A stretch of 63,689 bases of DNA, filler included, from Octopus bimaculoides (GCF_001194135.2; 11 parts of 9 records of this genome joined end to end with filler, not necessarily neighbours in it); one strand, 5' to 3'. Positions 11,990 through 24,986 are shown, counted from the first letter of the whole stretch. Notes: generated from the sequence alone by a model not told the origin. Translations and numbers: made by a program.

Positions 11990-12213
11990 CATATACAGGC
12001 ATACATACGTACACACACACACACATATATATATGTATATACATACATGCACATATGTATGTTTGCATGTATATATATAATATATATATAACGATGTATA
12101 AATATATATACATACATACACATACATACGTACATACATACATACATATGTGTGTGTTTGGGGGGTCTGTGCATGTGCGCACGCGTTTATTAAACTTTTA
12201 CGTAGAAAACATT

Positions 12214-12595
12214 GAGAGTGGCTTCGAAGTTTCGCATCGATGACCTTTGTCAGACTGTTTCTTTAAGCTTTCTATAGTTTCTGTTATGTTCTATTTTGGT
12301 GGGTGAATCGATTTTTGTGGAATGAAAATTAGGTGTGGTATAGATAGACTGGGGAATTAGTTGTGAAAGAGACCAAACAAAAAACAAAATTTCTTCATAA
12401 TAAGCCACACCCAGCAAACATATACTCCCTCCCGACATTATTTTTTCGCTTTACCTACGCCACACCGAATTGTCACCTCACAAAACTCCTTCTACTCCCA
12501 AAAGACAACTCTAATCCTAACCCCAAAGACACGAATCCAAGTAGGTCGCACTCTGATGAATGCGAACACGCTGAAACTGCGAAGTCACTATCAAC
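12214..12595. mobile_element. Divergent inverted pair of Penelope-pLTR-like segments, each ending in a type I hammerhead core
   Basis: Plus copy 12553-12586: CUGAUGA-13nt-GAAA-CU-GCGA-AG-UC. Minus copy 12253-12220: CUGACAA-13nt-GAAA-CUUCGAAG-CC. Upstream flanks also align (cta.gccacacc.aatt.tca..ccacaaaa.tc). Confidence 0.65.
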
Positions 12596-12704
12596 TCTTC
12601 CCTTGTGAAAATGTAATAAACGTACTCTACTAAAAAGATATGGAATAGTAATTGGTTTCATGTTAAATTCTCTTTTACATAGCTTAACATAAAAGCAAGC
12701 ATTA

Positions 12705-12705
<1 letters not shown>

Positions 12706-12803
<98 letters not shown>

Positions 12804-12822
12804 TGTGTGTGTGCGTGTGTGT
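12706..12822. repeat. (GT)n microsatellite
   Basis: Long, near-pure GT run. Confidence 0.95.
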
Positions 12823-14412
12823 AGTTTTAGAAAACTACATCGGCAAAGGGAAGAAGCTCAGGGAATGAAGGAAATTGAGCAGGGAAATTATGTAGCAATG
12901 AAATCATGATTTTGTTTCGTTGCACTAATGAGCTCAGTGAAAGGAGAATCGGTCGACACCTCAGGGAAAATGTTAAAGAGCAAGCCAAAGAAGAAGCAGA
13001 AGATAGAAATATAGAGAAAGATCGTGGTGTAAACAAAGACGAAAAATATAAGTTAATAATGTTTTACGACAAGATTAGAAGCATGTTTAATGAGTTGTAA
13101 TCAGGGAAGTAAATGAAGAAGAAAACAAAATCAAAAAGAAAAAAGAAAAACGAGTGAAAAAGACGGAAGAAAAAAACGGATACTAAATCCAGAAGTACAA
13201 AGTAAAGAGAGAAAAGGAAGATGTGAGGCAAGAGATGGAGAGAGAAAGGGGAGAGACAGAGAACGTGATAGTAATAATAGGAAATACAACAATTGATACA
13301 TGCATATACTACATATACCTACCTACCTACCTACCTACCTACATACATACATACATAACATAACATAATATACATGCGTACGTACGTATGTATATATGTA
13401 CATATGTACGTAGATAACACGCATGTTTCAAATACAGTCTGTAAGCAGAATAGTAAAAATAAACACGTTTTTTTTCTAAATTCGTTAACTTGTTTCATTG
13501 CTCTTGTTCTAAGACTAGACAATTCTGATCAAGTAGAGCTATGTCCAAAATACATTTCAGCCCTGGCTATCAATTTTTTTTTATTCAGATTCAGTCTAAT
13601 ATCCTTACCCAGTGAAACCTTTTGTTTAGTACGATAGCATATGATTTGGGAGAAATTTAGCTGATAATTCTGACATATCTGAACTGCTTGCAGCGCAACT
13701 AGGCGCGAATCCTTTCGGACACATAGAGCTGTGAATTTTGGTTTTCTGTGGAATGTGATAGACTATACTTTAGATGTTGGCTTGAATCAACTATCTACCT
13801 GTTTCTGATGGGCCAGGAATGAAGCACATGTGATACCATGAGTAGTTAGCATAAACTTCAAACTGTTAATATAATAATAATAAAAAAAACAAAACATATA
13901 TGGGTAAGTGAATCATGTAGAAGCCATAGTCAAGGTGATACATCTCTGGTCATCGTACTTATCCTTCCGGTTCTTTTCTGTTGCTGTGACAGATTTTGAA
14001 ATTTTAAAATTTGGTATATTGAGTTATTTTTTCACGCTGAATCTGATTTTGTTAATCACTTGTTGTTTTAAGTAGACAACAGCTTGGCTTGTTACTATGA
14101 AAACTGGCATCAATGCGTCTGTAACTTTCGATCGGCTAAAACTACCTTAAATTTACAAACTTTAAAAGCTGTTAACTTTTTATTTATTAATTTATGGTAA
14201 AAAAAAAAACAAAAACAAATGTAATTTCCTTGATTAGTATACAAAACTATAACAGTACACGAAATCTGAAAACAGTTTCAACAAAATTACAAAGAATATA
14301 AAACTGTTACAGCAACAGAAAAGATCCATCCTTCAATGCATAGTCAGGACACTTAATTGTAAATAGGTATCCAACATGACCCTATTCATTGTTGAAAACA
14401 ATATGAATATTT

Positions 14413-14625
14413 TTTTCTATTCTAAGCACAAAGCCCGAAAATTTTGGGGAGGAGGGCCAGTTGATTGCATCGACCCCAGAACGCAACTGGTACTTAATTT
14501 ATCGAGCCCGAAAGGATGAAAGGCAAAGTCGACCTCGGCGGAATTTGAACTCAGAACGTAAAGACAGACGAAATATCGCTAAGCATTTCGCCCGGCATGC
14601 TAGCGTTTCTGCCAGCTCGCCGCCT
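14413..14625 (-). mobile_element. SINE family B, full length
   Basis: Reverse complement of ggcggcgagctggcagaaacg...gtcgactttgcctttcatcctttcgggctcgataaattaagtaccagtt... Confidence 0.9.
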
Positions 14626-15922
14626 TCTCAACAATATAAATATTGTGAAACAGACGAGTGATTCATTGGATTGCAATATTGTGTTCAAATCTGTCTGCGA
14701 GAGTTACTTTCGGAAAGGGACTTAGGAATCCATTTTTCTCACACTCATCTCATGCCACAGAACCTGAAGATAGGCCCTGAATCAAATTATCTCCTGAGGT
14801 CTGTATAAATAAAATAACAACTATGATCAATTAAAATTATACATTCACATTTCCCATCCACAAAAACGGAAACCCACGGACATATTTTGTAACAGTAGGT
14901 TTCATTTTACGAGCAAACACTTCGTAATGTTTAATCAGATAGCCGTGAAACTGTAGAGCAAGAGTTAAGAACCAAGTTGTGATTTAGAATCAGGAGCGCA
15001 TCCCACTCTTTAACTCTGGTATTGTCCACCTTTTGGTATGGCGAAGACATTACAAAATACAACTTCTGCATTGGTTCAGTTCCATTTCTTTATTTGTCAA
15101 CAAAGAAATAAACAAGCAAAAAAGTGAAATAGAACCATTTTGTGTACTTATTATTGGCATAATGACCCTCCCAAGATACAACAAAACATGTTTCAACACG
15201 CGAGTTCACATCAAGAATCTTGCAAACCAAATACAGAAAGAAAAAAATTGTATTATTTTAAATGTTTTGGTGAGGCGGAACTTCGAACTAAACGCTCAAC
15301 TGTTTTTAGTTCATTCTCTGTACATCTTATGCGAAGTAATTGTATCGGAGGGCTTCGCTTTTACCCACTGCTCTCGTATGGTCGATCAGTTAAGTACCAG
15401 TCATATGCTTGGATCAGTTCAGTTAGTGACAGCTTTTGCTAACAATTTGTAACATTGTAGCAACTATTACGAGATATCGTATTGATGTCTTTTAACCAGT
15501 GACACGTCTAAGATTTTAAATATTGAAAAGATTTCTTGTATTGTCTTCCGAGAGATTAACAGTGAAATCGGTGTCAGCAGAATTTGATCCCAGGAAATAA
15601 AGGGGTGCATTCATACTGGCTTCTCTTCCTCTTATTGTTGGCCGGGGAGGATGTAGAGCGAACAAAGAGAATATCTGTGCAAGACTTGTACTTTTACTTC
15701 ATCACATCTCGGAGCAATGAAACAACAAAGAAAACCAAGTGTGTTATACGGTTGTATATCTTGTGTTTGTTTAAGTCATTATAATAGAATGTAGCCTCAT
15801 AGAACACTTCACATCTAACATTTAGAACAATAATATATTTTAGTAATATTTATGCTCCGTTTTGTAATTTACTCTTCTCTTCAAAATCTCGCATTCATCT
15901 GATAACAGTATTTATCATTAAT

Positions 15923-16335
15923 AGGCGGTGAGCTGGCAGAAACGTTAGCACACCGGGCGAAATGTTTAGTGGTATTTCGTCTGTCTTTACGTTCTAACTT
16001 CAAACTCCGCCGAGGTTGACTTTGCCTTTCATCCTTTCGAGATCGATAAACTAAGTACCAGTTGCGTACCGGGGTCGATCTAATCGACAACCCCCCACTC
16101 CAAAAAATTTCGGGCCTTGTGCCTAGAGTAGAAAAGAAACGTTAGCACGCCGGGTGAAATGTTTAGTGGTATTTCGTCTGTCTTTACGTTCTGATTTCAA
16201 ATTCCGCTGTCGACTTTGCCTTTCATCCTTTCGGAGTCGATAAACTAATTACCAGTTGCGTACCGGGGTCGATCTAATCGACGGCTGCCCCGCTCCAAAA
16301 AGAAATTTCGGGCCTTGTGCCTACAGTAGAAAAGT
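15923..16335 (+). mobile_element. SINE family B, head-to-tail dimer
   Basis: Full copy 15923-16137 followed directly by a slightly 5'-truncated copy starting gaaacgttagcacgcc. Confidence 0.9.
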
Positions 16336-16947
16336 ATTCATCACTGTTTAAAATTCCATTTGACTAAATCTTATATAAACATAGTAATTAGTAATTAATT
16401 TGCGCTTGTTTATTTTAATGTTTTTGATTTGCTTTTCTCTCTTCGTACGAAATATGCCACTATCTTCATTCTCTATTTTCCCATCTTCTCTATTTACTTT
16501 TAATTGCTATGGACTGGCGCTGCTATTGTTATGTCACTGAATTCTTGATAGTTTACACCTCTTTGAACTTACTGTAGTTGAAATCGTGACATCAATAGCG
16601 GCTGGAGAAGAGAATATGGATTCAGCAGAGCAATTTAATAAAATACGCGTTAATTATGTAGTTCTGGTGATGTTTACAGTCAATTAAACGTTTAATGGTG
16701 AACAGATTACGGTACCAGGGACAGAATACAAACCATTTCGAAATAGACAAGTGGTCCTTATGGACGGATACATATATAGACATGTACACACACACACATA
16801 TATGTGCATGTGTATATGTCTGTGTGTGAGTGCGCGCGCGTTCTATGTGCGTACATCTGTGTGTGTGTGTGTCTGTGTATGTTTGTGTGTGTTAAACAGA
16901 ATATGTTAGTTATGCTGCTATTACTGCAGTGTTCCAGTGCTGGTGAA

Positions 16948-17266
16948 GGCAAGTGTCTTAGTGATTACGGTATTCGTCTCACGATCGTAAAGTCGTGAGT
17001 TCGGTTCCCGGCGCCGTGTTGTGTCCTTGAGCAAGACAATTTACTTCACGTTGCTCCAGTTCACTCAGCTGGCAAAAGTGAGTTGTACTTGCAATTCAAA
17101 GGGCCAGCCTTGTCGTGTTCTGTGTCATGCTATATCTCCCCGAGAACTACGTTAAGGGTATGCGTGTCTGTGGAGTACTCAGCCACTTGCACGTTAATTT
17201 AACGAGCAGGCTGTTCTGTTAATCGGATCAACTGGTACACTCGTCGTCGTAACTGACGGAGAGCCA
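16948..17266 (+). mobile_element. SINE family D (tRNA-like head; 3' half shared with family C)
   Basis: B-box-like gagttcggttccc, then ttgtgtccttgagcaagaca. The 3' part aligns with the reverse complement of 42511-42680. Confidence 0.85.
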
Positions 17267-17451
17267 CTTCGAGTGCCGTGTCTTATTCAAATGGAATACA
17301 CTGGACTTTTCTATGCGTGTCCGTCACCATCTTTAAACATTTACGAAACCAGCAAAGGAAGAAACTTCAGGATTTCTTTTCTTAAAGAGGTTACCAGCAT
17401 ACGATTAATATTTAGTTATTTGACCAACTGAATTACGAAGCTCATTCAATT

Positions 17452-18055
17452 GTGTGTGGCTGCCTATTTTACTGTTACTGTATAGGTGTAATTGTATGGT
17501 AAGAAGTTTGCTCCCCAACCACATGATTCTGGGTTCAGTCCCACTGCGTGACACCTCGCACATGGAAACTGAAAGAAGCCCGTCCTATGTATATATCTGT
17601 AGATGTATGCGCGCGCGCATGTGTCTTTGCGTCTGTGTTTGTCTCCCACCACCGCTTGACAATTAGTTTTGACGTGTTCACGTCCCCGTAACTTAGCGAT
17701 TCAGCGAAAACGTGACCGATATAAAAATACCATGCTTAAAAATAATGATAATAATCCCCCGAAATTTTGGGGCATTACATCGACCTCAGTGTATCACTGG
17801 TACTTAATTTATCAACGCCGAAAGGATGAAGAGCAAAGTCGACTTCGGCAGATTTTGAATACAAAACGTGAAGACAAACGAAATGCCGCTAAGCATTTCG
17901 CCCGTCGTGCTAAAGACCATTTTAATCCTGAGCAACGCCGGGTATCTAGTAAATACATATATACTTCTACATAGTTTCCATCTACTAAACACATTGACAA
18001 GGCACTTGTCCATGGTGCTGTGCTTTGGGACTGAACCCAGAACCATGTGATTACA
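17452..18055. mobile_element. Cluster of degenerate SINE A (+, 17452-17720), SINE B (-, 17759-17925) and SINE A head (-, 17975-18055)
   Basis: Similar to the reference copies elsewhere in the window. Confidence 0.75.
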
Positions 18056-18455
18056 AAGGGAGCTTTAAAATACCACTCAGTTAGATAGAACCTGTGACCT
18101 CTTGATTGTGAAGCCCCCCGCTTTCTATCCGGCAATCCTGTATCTGCTTCAGACACGACAACACATCAATAACATTGTTAACTCAAAATTGCTTGCGCAA
18201 AACATTATCCTAAATAGATATTTCATCGTTATCTGAGACAGTATTTAATATATATAGTGTTATTGTGTGTTTAAGTCGTTATTGCCAAGCGTTAGTTTCT
18301 AACAGTTAGGATAAATAATGCATTCATACATCCAATATATTAAATATATTTATTTTCTCCTGGAATAAGTGACAACAGTGTTTGATTAGTTTCGGTGTGG
18401 GCGAAAAACGGGATATATGACGTCGCAGTCACCACGTGAATCTTTTTTTTTCTTT

Positions 18456-18538
18456 TTTACTTGTTTCAGTCATTAGACCGCGGCCATACCGAGGCACCGC
18501 CTTAGAGGATGTTTAATCGAATGAATCGACACCAGTAC

Positions 18539-18599
<61 letters not shown>

Positions 18600-18730
18600 T
18601 GTATATAAGCCTGGTACATATTCTATCAGTCTTGCAGAACCGCTAAGTTACGGAGCTGGAAGTATACCAACACCTGTTGTCAAGCTGTGATTTTGTAAAA
18701 ACACTTATAAAAAGACACACACTCACTTAC
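18456..18730 (-). mobile_element. SINE family A, 3' half with an internal (TTA)n expansion
   Basis: cttgtttcagtcat...gaaccgctaagttacgg...gttgtcaagc, interrupted by (tta)n. Confidence 0.8.
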
Positions 18731-19370
18731 ACACGCACACACAGAAATATATATACGTAAAAATATATACCAGTCTTATCTATAAAGGTACAAAACTGAA
18801 TATTAGTATCTTTGGTCGATAACTGATGAAGAATTAGGGTCTTTCTTTGTCCTACTTGTACATTTTGTAGTATTTGATGCATTTTTCATATATATATATA
18901 TATAAGCAAAACATTCAAACACAGATTTGAAATCAGATGTCACTACTGTTCATATCATCTGTGGATAAATTTTAAAATTGATAGTATCTCCAGCAGTGAC
19001 ATGGGTGGATCGCAGGCGCAAAAGCATTCAATAGCTATGAATTATAAATTTGCACGGAGCGTAATGATGCTTAACAAGCATCTACCTGCTAGAAATAAGA
19101 GCTAAAGTCTTAAATTAATCCACCGTATCGCACCAAGATTGCAGAGAAAAACAGTATGCGAGGAAAACAGAAAGAATTAAAACATTTAATAGCACAAATA
19201 AAAATATTATGCAATTAGGATATTTCGAATTTTGGGTAGTTATATATACATACATCAACACACACACACACACACCCACCCACACACATATAAGAAATAA
19301 TTGAGATTCTGGTGAAGCACTAAATAAGTGCGGTATTATCCGTACAACTCAAAGTAAGATGAATAAACTC

Positions 19371-19719
19371 AAAATAAGCAACAGGATATCAAGATGTGAT
19401 GCTGTACGGCCGTTTCAAGCGCTTCCACTTAATTGAACAATGCAATCATTACATCAATTTAAATGCAGGGCTTATCTTCAGCTGCATAAATAAATAAATA
19501 AAATTTTTAATCAGCTAGACACATTAATATAATTCTACTCAAATGCTCTAATAAAACAAGAAGACGAAAAGAGTCCATGTTGCCACTAATGTAGCTAAGA
19601 ATTATGCAGCTGAGGATAGCCCTGTATTTAAATTGATGTAATGATTGTATTGTCCAATTAAATGAAGCCGCTTGAAACGGTCATACTGCATCACCTCTTG
19701 ATATGCTGTTGTTTATTTT
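19371..19719. mobile_element. MITE/fold-back element with long TIRs (about 119 bp)
   Basis: 19371-19489 versus 19602-19719 are reverse complements at roughly 85-90% identity by eye; 112-nt AT-rich spacer. Confidence 0.8.
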
Positions 19720-20155
19720 AATACACACACACACACACACACACACNNNNNNNNNNNNNNNNNNNNNNNNNNNNNNNNNNNNNNNNNNNNNNNNNNNNNN
19801 NNNNNNNNNNNNNNNNNNNNNNNNNNNNNNNNNNNNNNNNNNNNNNNNNNNNNNNNNNNNNNNNNNNNNNNNNNNNNNNNNNNNNNNNNNNNNNNNNNNN
19901 NNNNNNNNNNNNNNNNNNNNNNNNNNNNNNNNNNNNNNNNNNNNNNNNNNNNNNNNNNNNNNNNNNNNNNNNNNNNNNNNNNNNNNNNNNNNNNNNNNNN
20001 NNNNNNNNNNNNNNNNNNNNNNNNNNNNNNNNNNNNNNNNNNNNNNNNNNNNNNNNNNNNNNNNNNNNNNNNNNNNNNNNNNNNNNNNNNNNNNNNNNNN
20101 NNNNNNNNNNNNNNNNNNNNNNNNNNNNNNNNNNNNNNNNNNNNNNNNNNNNNNN

Positions 20156-20197
<42 letters not shown>

Positions 20198-20199
<2 letters not shown>

Positions 20200-20733
20200 C
20201 AATAACGCCTCACGCTAAGAGGGACTCCAGAAGTCAAACTACAATAATAAGCACATTTTTACCGATCGCGAGGGAATGAAACTAACCTCCTAAAAACTTT
20301 CATAATCAACGCAGAAATCTGTATCTTTTATTCATCAGTACACGTATTGTCAAGACACATAAAAATAAACAAGAATCAACATACCAGACGAACACTGCAT
20401 GTATTCAGCATAGTACATAGACGATTGTTTATCCCTATATATCCATGAAGGAGGCGGACTATTTGAATTACACTTCGGCACATGTGCTTTTTCAGAATAA
20501 TATTCAGCACTGAATATATTCTAATTATTTATAATTCAATAATAGGGTAAAGACTTTATAAGAATTTATCAACTAGTTAGCGTGAAAAAACTTCATAAGG
20601 GAAAAGAAACCCCACTATTTCTCCCTATAAATATATTTAATTTATATAAGAGCATTACTATACAATAACGCCTCACGCTAAGAGGAACTCCAGAAGTCAA
20701 ACTAGTATAATAAGCACATTTTTACCGACCGCG
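20198..20733 (-). mobile_element. Retrozyme/Penelope-like element: 463-nt monomer with a 73-nt terminal redundancy and one hammerhead core
   Basis: 20198-20270 repeats at 20661-20733 (4 mismatches). Minus strand 20338-20297 reads CUGAUGA-AUAA-[22 nt]-UUAU-GAAA. Confidence 0.6.
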
Positions 20734-20882
20734 GGCTTCTTTCAGTTTCTTTCTAGCAAATCCACTCACAAAGCTTTGGTCATCCCGAAGCTATAGTAGA
20801 AGACACTTTCCTAAGGTGCCACGCAATGGGACTGAAACCAAAACCATGTGATTGGGAAGCGACCGTCTTAACACACAACCAC
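20733..20882 (-). mobile_element. SINE family A, 5' head
   Basis: gggcttctttcagtttc...aaggtgccacgcaatgggactgaaac...aaccatgtgattggg. Confidence 0.85.
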
Positions 20883-22153
20883 GCTTGAATATTAACTAAT
20901 TGAATCAACTTAGAATTTCCAACAAATATCACAAAATGTTTGCCAAATTCTCGATTCCTGTGATCTTACAATCAGATTTGCCCCTCATTATTTAGTTTTA
21001 GATGATTAATAAGTTCAAAAATGTCTAAACAATAGTATAATTATGTATAGGAATGCAGAAGAAAAAAAAGGAAAACAAAAATTGAATATACAGACGTAGA
21101 CGTTACGTTAATAATTAAAAGACATTGATATTTCAAATCTTCTGGTGACTAACTCATCATTAGTTGTAAATTATTTTGATTCACCGACCGGAAATTTATT
21201 TCTGAAATGAAAATTGAACCAAACTATCAGAATAAGAGATAATACACACACACATGCGCGTGCACATACATACATACATGCATACATACATACATACATA
21301 CATACATACATACATACATACATAACTATATATATATATATATNNNNNNNNNNNNNNNNNNNNNNNNNNNNNNNNNNNNNNNNNNNNNNNNNNNNNNNNN
21401 NNNNNNNNNNNNNNNNNNNNNNNNNNNNNNNNNNNNNNNNNNNNNNNNNNNNNNNNNNNNNNNNNNNNNNNNNNNNNNNNNNNNNNNNNNNNNNNNNNNN
21501 NNNNNNNNNNNNNNNNNNNNNNNNNNNNNNNNNNNNNNNNNNNNNNNNNNNNNNNNNNNNNNNNNNNNNNNNNNNNNNNNNNNNNNNNNNNNNNNNNNNN
21601 NNNNNNNNNNNNNNNNNNNNNNNNNNNNNNNNNNNNNNNNNNNNNNNNNNNNNNNNNNNNNNNNNNNNNNNNNNNNNNNNNNNNNNNNNNNNNNNNNNNN
21701 NNNNNNNNNNNNNNNNNNNNNNNNNNNNNNNNNNNNNNNNNNNNNNNNNNNNNNNNNNNNNNNNNNNNNNNNNNNNNNNNNNNNNNNNNNNNNNNNNNNN
21801 NNNNNNNNNNNNNNNNNNNNNNNNNNNNNNNNNNNNNNNNNNNNNNNNNNNNNNNNNNNNNNNNNNNNNNNNNNNNNNNNNNNNNNNNNNNNNNNNNNNN
21901 NNNNNNNNNNNNNNNNNNNNNNNNNNNNNNNNNNNNNNNNNNNNNNNNNNNNNNNNNNNNNNNNNNNNNNNNNNNNNNNNNNNNNNNNNNNNNNNNNNNN
22001 NNNNNNNNNNNNNNNNNNNNNNNNNNNNNNNNNNNNNNNNNNNNNNNNNNNNNNNNNNNNNNNNNNNNNNNNNNNNNNNNNNNNNNNNNNNNNNNNNNNN
22101 NNNNNNNNNNNNNNNNNNNNNNNNNNNNNNNNNNNNNNNNNNNNNNNNNNNNN

Positions 22154-23740
22154 CAGTATGTGTCCTCCACCATCCATGACCTCGTCTCGTCTTCTGCCCT
22201 CCCCCTACCACCACCAATCTCTTCGTCCCAACACACCGTGCGCCCACCATCAATTTCCTTCTCAAAATACATAAACCCGATAACCCTGGCCACCCCATTG
22301 TTCCTGCCTGCAATTGTCCCACAGAACTCACCTCTAAATATCTCGACCTCATCTTGTACCCTTTAGTTGCTGCCCTCCCCTCCCATATACATATCACCAA
22401 TCATACCCTTCGCCTTTTCAATTCCCTCTCCTTCCATCCCGGCCCCTCACGCCTCCTCTTCTCCTTAGACATCAAATCCTTATACACGGTGATCCCCACA
22501 ACGACAGTCTCTTAGCCCTCCAATACTTGCTTGACTGTAGCCCGACCTCACACCCAGCACCTCCACCCTTCTCCGTCTGGCAGAACTCATCGTCACCCTC
22601 AACTGCTTTACATTCGCAGAGGATATTTACTAACCATTTTCTGGCGTCGCTATGAGAACGAGAATGGGCCCCAATTTCGCTAACCTATTTGTTGGTTTCA
22701 TTGAGGCCCAATTCTCCGGATGACCCCAGTGCTATATGGCCGCTACACAGACGACTGTATTGGCACCACCTTCCTCTCCCTTGAACAACTCTCCAATTTC
22801 ATCTCTTTACTTTCTAACTTTCACCCTTCTCTCCAATTTACTTCTACCATCTCTGACACTTCTGTAAACTTCCTAAATATCTCTCTCAATATTGACCTCC
22901 CCTTCCACTCTCTCACCCCCTCCGCCTTTTTGAAACCCCCCCGTCTCCCACCTCTACTCCAACTTTCCCTCCTCCCATTCCTCCTACACCAATCGGGCCA
23001 TCCCGTACTCACATTTTCTCCTCCCCGACGCTTGTGCAGCCGGGACCAGGATTTTAAGACAGAGTCCCAGTACGTTGCCTGCCTGTTCGTGCATCGAGGA
23101 TACCCATCCACCCTCGTCCAAACTGCTCTTGCCCGCGCTCGTCTAATCGATCTCTCATTCCCCACACCGATCCCTCAACCAGAGGATCCTACGGACCTTC
23201 CGTCACCTCTAGCTAGATCCTACCACCGGCCTCATTTTCCCCAACCTACCCTTGCCCTCCTCTAAACGCGCCCGTAACCTATGCGATCTACTGGTCCGCA
23301 GTACCTTCTCCTCCATCCCAACCCAACCCGGATCCTCCTTTTATCTAGATCCCGCTGCCACACCTGTCCTGTCATCACCAATACCACCTCCCTCACTAGA
23401 TCCAACCAGCACACCCTCCACATTAGATATTCCTTCTCCTGCACTTCTTCCTCCTTTATCTATTGCATCAGATGTAATCTCTGCCACAAACTCTACCTTG
23501 GTCAGACGGCCGCCGGCTGGTCAACCGGTTCACCGAACATCTGCGAGATGTTTGGCTACGTACGAACACCCCTGTCACCCGTCATTTTCACTTGGCCAGC
23601 TACTCCACCTCAAATAACATCGTCTTTGGTGTCGCCCTGCACCACGGATCCACCAACTCTCGACTCCGCCTGGAACAGCATTACATTTTCAGTCTACAAA
23701 CACAAATTCCTTTTGGACTCAACACAACCCCCTCTTTTCA
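22154..23740 (+). mobile_element. Penelope-like retroelement (RT + GIY-YIG endonuclease), decayed
   Basis: KIHKPDNPGHPIV, LFSLDIKSLYTVIP, GVAMRTRMGPNFANLF, YGRYTDDCIG, then FSCTSSSFIYCIRCNLCHKLYLGQT and LEQHYIFSLQTQIPFGLN across frameshifts. Confidence 0.9.
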
Positions 23741-24079
23741 ATGACTCTCTCTACACCCTCCTTAAAAAATAGCTTTTTATCCTATCTTATATTCAATCAC
23801 TTTTTTATAACTCTAATTCGTTTGCGTCGATTTTTTATTGTTTTTTTTTGCATCGTAATTGTTTATGTCGATCATTTTATTTTATTTTATCTATTTATTA
23901 TCTCCTTTTATCTTTCTTTTTTTGTATTAATTTCGATTTTATCTTTCAATTTTCATTTTTTATCTTGTATCCTTTATTTTTTATTCATCTTTTATTTATT
24001 AATTTTATTTTCCTCTTGCATTGTTTCTCTTTTTTTCTCTTTTTTCCCTATTATTTTTCTCTACTTTATTTTATTTTTT

Positions 24080-24500
24080 ATACACACACACACACACACA
24101 TATACACACACGTACATACACAAACACACACACACACTCACGCACACATATATGCACGCGCACACAAGTGAGTGCACATATACCTCCTACACACACCACA
24201 CACAGCACCCACATACATGTACGTAGTACACGCACACGCATACACACATGTATACACACACGCACACACACGCAAATACACGCACACAACCCCAAACACA
24301 CACGCGCACACACGCACACACGCACACACATACACACATACGCACATACACAGGAATGCACATACACAACCCTCCACACACACAACCCTACACACCCACT
24401 CACATACATACACGCACATACACGCACACATAGACACGCACACACACACGTATACACACGCACACACATACATACACACATGTACACACCCTTCAGACTG
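24080..24500. repeat. Degenerate (CA)n-rich simple repeat; a similar tract lies at 25040-25830
   Basis: CA/CACG-dominated low-complexity sequence. Confidence 0.9.
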
Positions 24501-24578
24501 CCACTCAAATACCCTACCACTGACCATGATCCCATCGACGCACATGTGCAAAAACACACAACTACACAAGGGACTAGT

Positions 24579-24647
24579 GGTGGCGCAATGGCCTAGTGGT
24601 TAGGTCAGCGGACTCGCGGTCATAGGATCGCGGTTTCGAATCCCAGA
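24579..24647 (+). mobile_element. SINE family C, tRNA-like head only
   Basis: ggcgcaatggcctagtggttagg (A box)...ggtttcgaatccc (B box); matches the reverse complement of 41510-41579. Confidence 0.85.
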
Positions 24648-24942
24648 CACACACACACACACACACACACANNNNNNNNNNNNNNNNNNNNNNNNNNNNN
24701 NNNNNNNNNNNNNNNTTAATTAATTAANNNNNNNNNNNNNNNNNNNNNNNNNNNNNNNNNNNNNNNNNNNNTCTCTTCCGCCATTTTTATTTCTTCATTT
24801 CACTTCATTCTTTCATTCCTATAAAACATCTGCTGATCCTTCATACTCCGCTCACATGTCATCTTGCCATTTCTTATTCATTGTTCTTCGTGTGCTTTTC
24901 TTCATATTCTTGTTCCTCTTCTTTCCATCCTTCCGTCTTTCC

Positions 24943-24986
<44 letters not shown>

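Noticed and set aside
12827-13100. Lys/Glu-rich ORF 12906-13100
   Set aside because: Explained by purine-rich composition; the frames are interrupted and no motif is present.
18824-18850. CTGATGAAG as a hammerhead core
   Set aside because: No downstream GAAA or stems.
24579-24647. tRNA gene (also 41510-41579 and other heads)
   Set aside because: A and B boxes are present, but the heads run into SINE bodies or microsatellites and lack a convincing cloverleaf.
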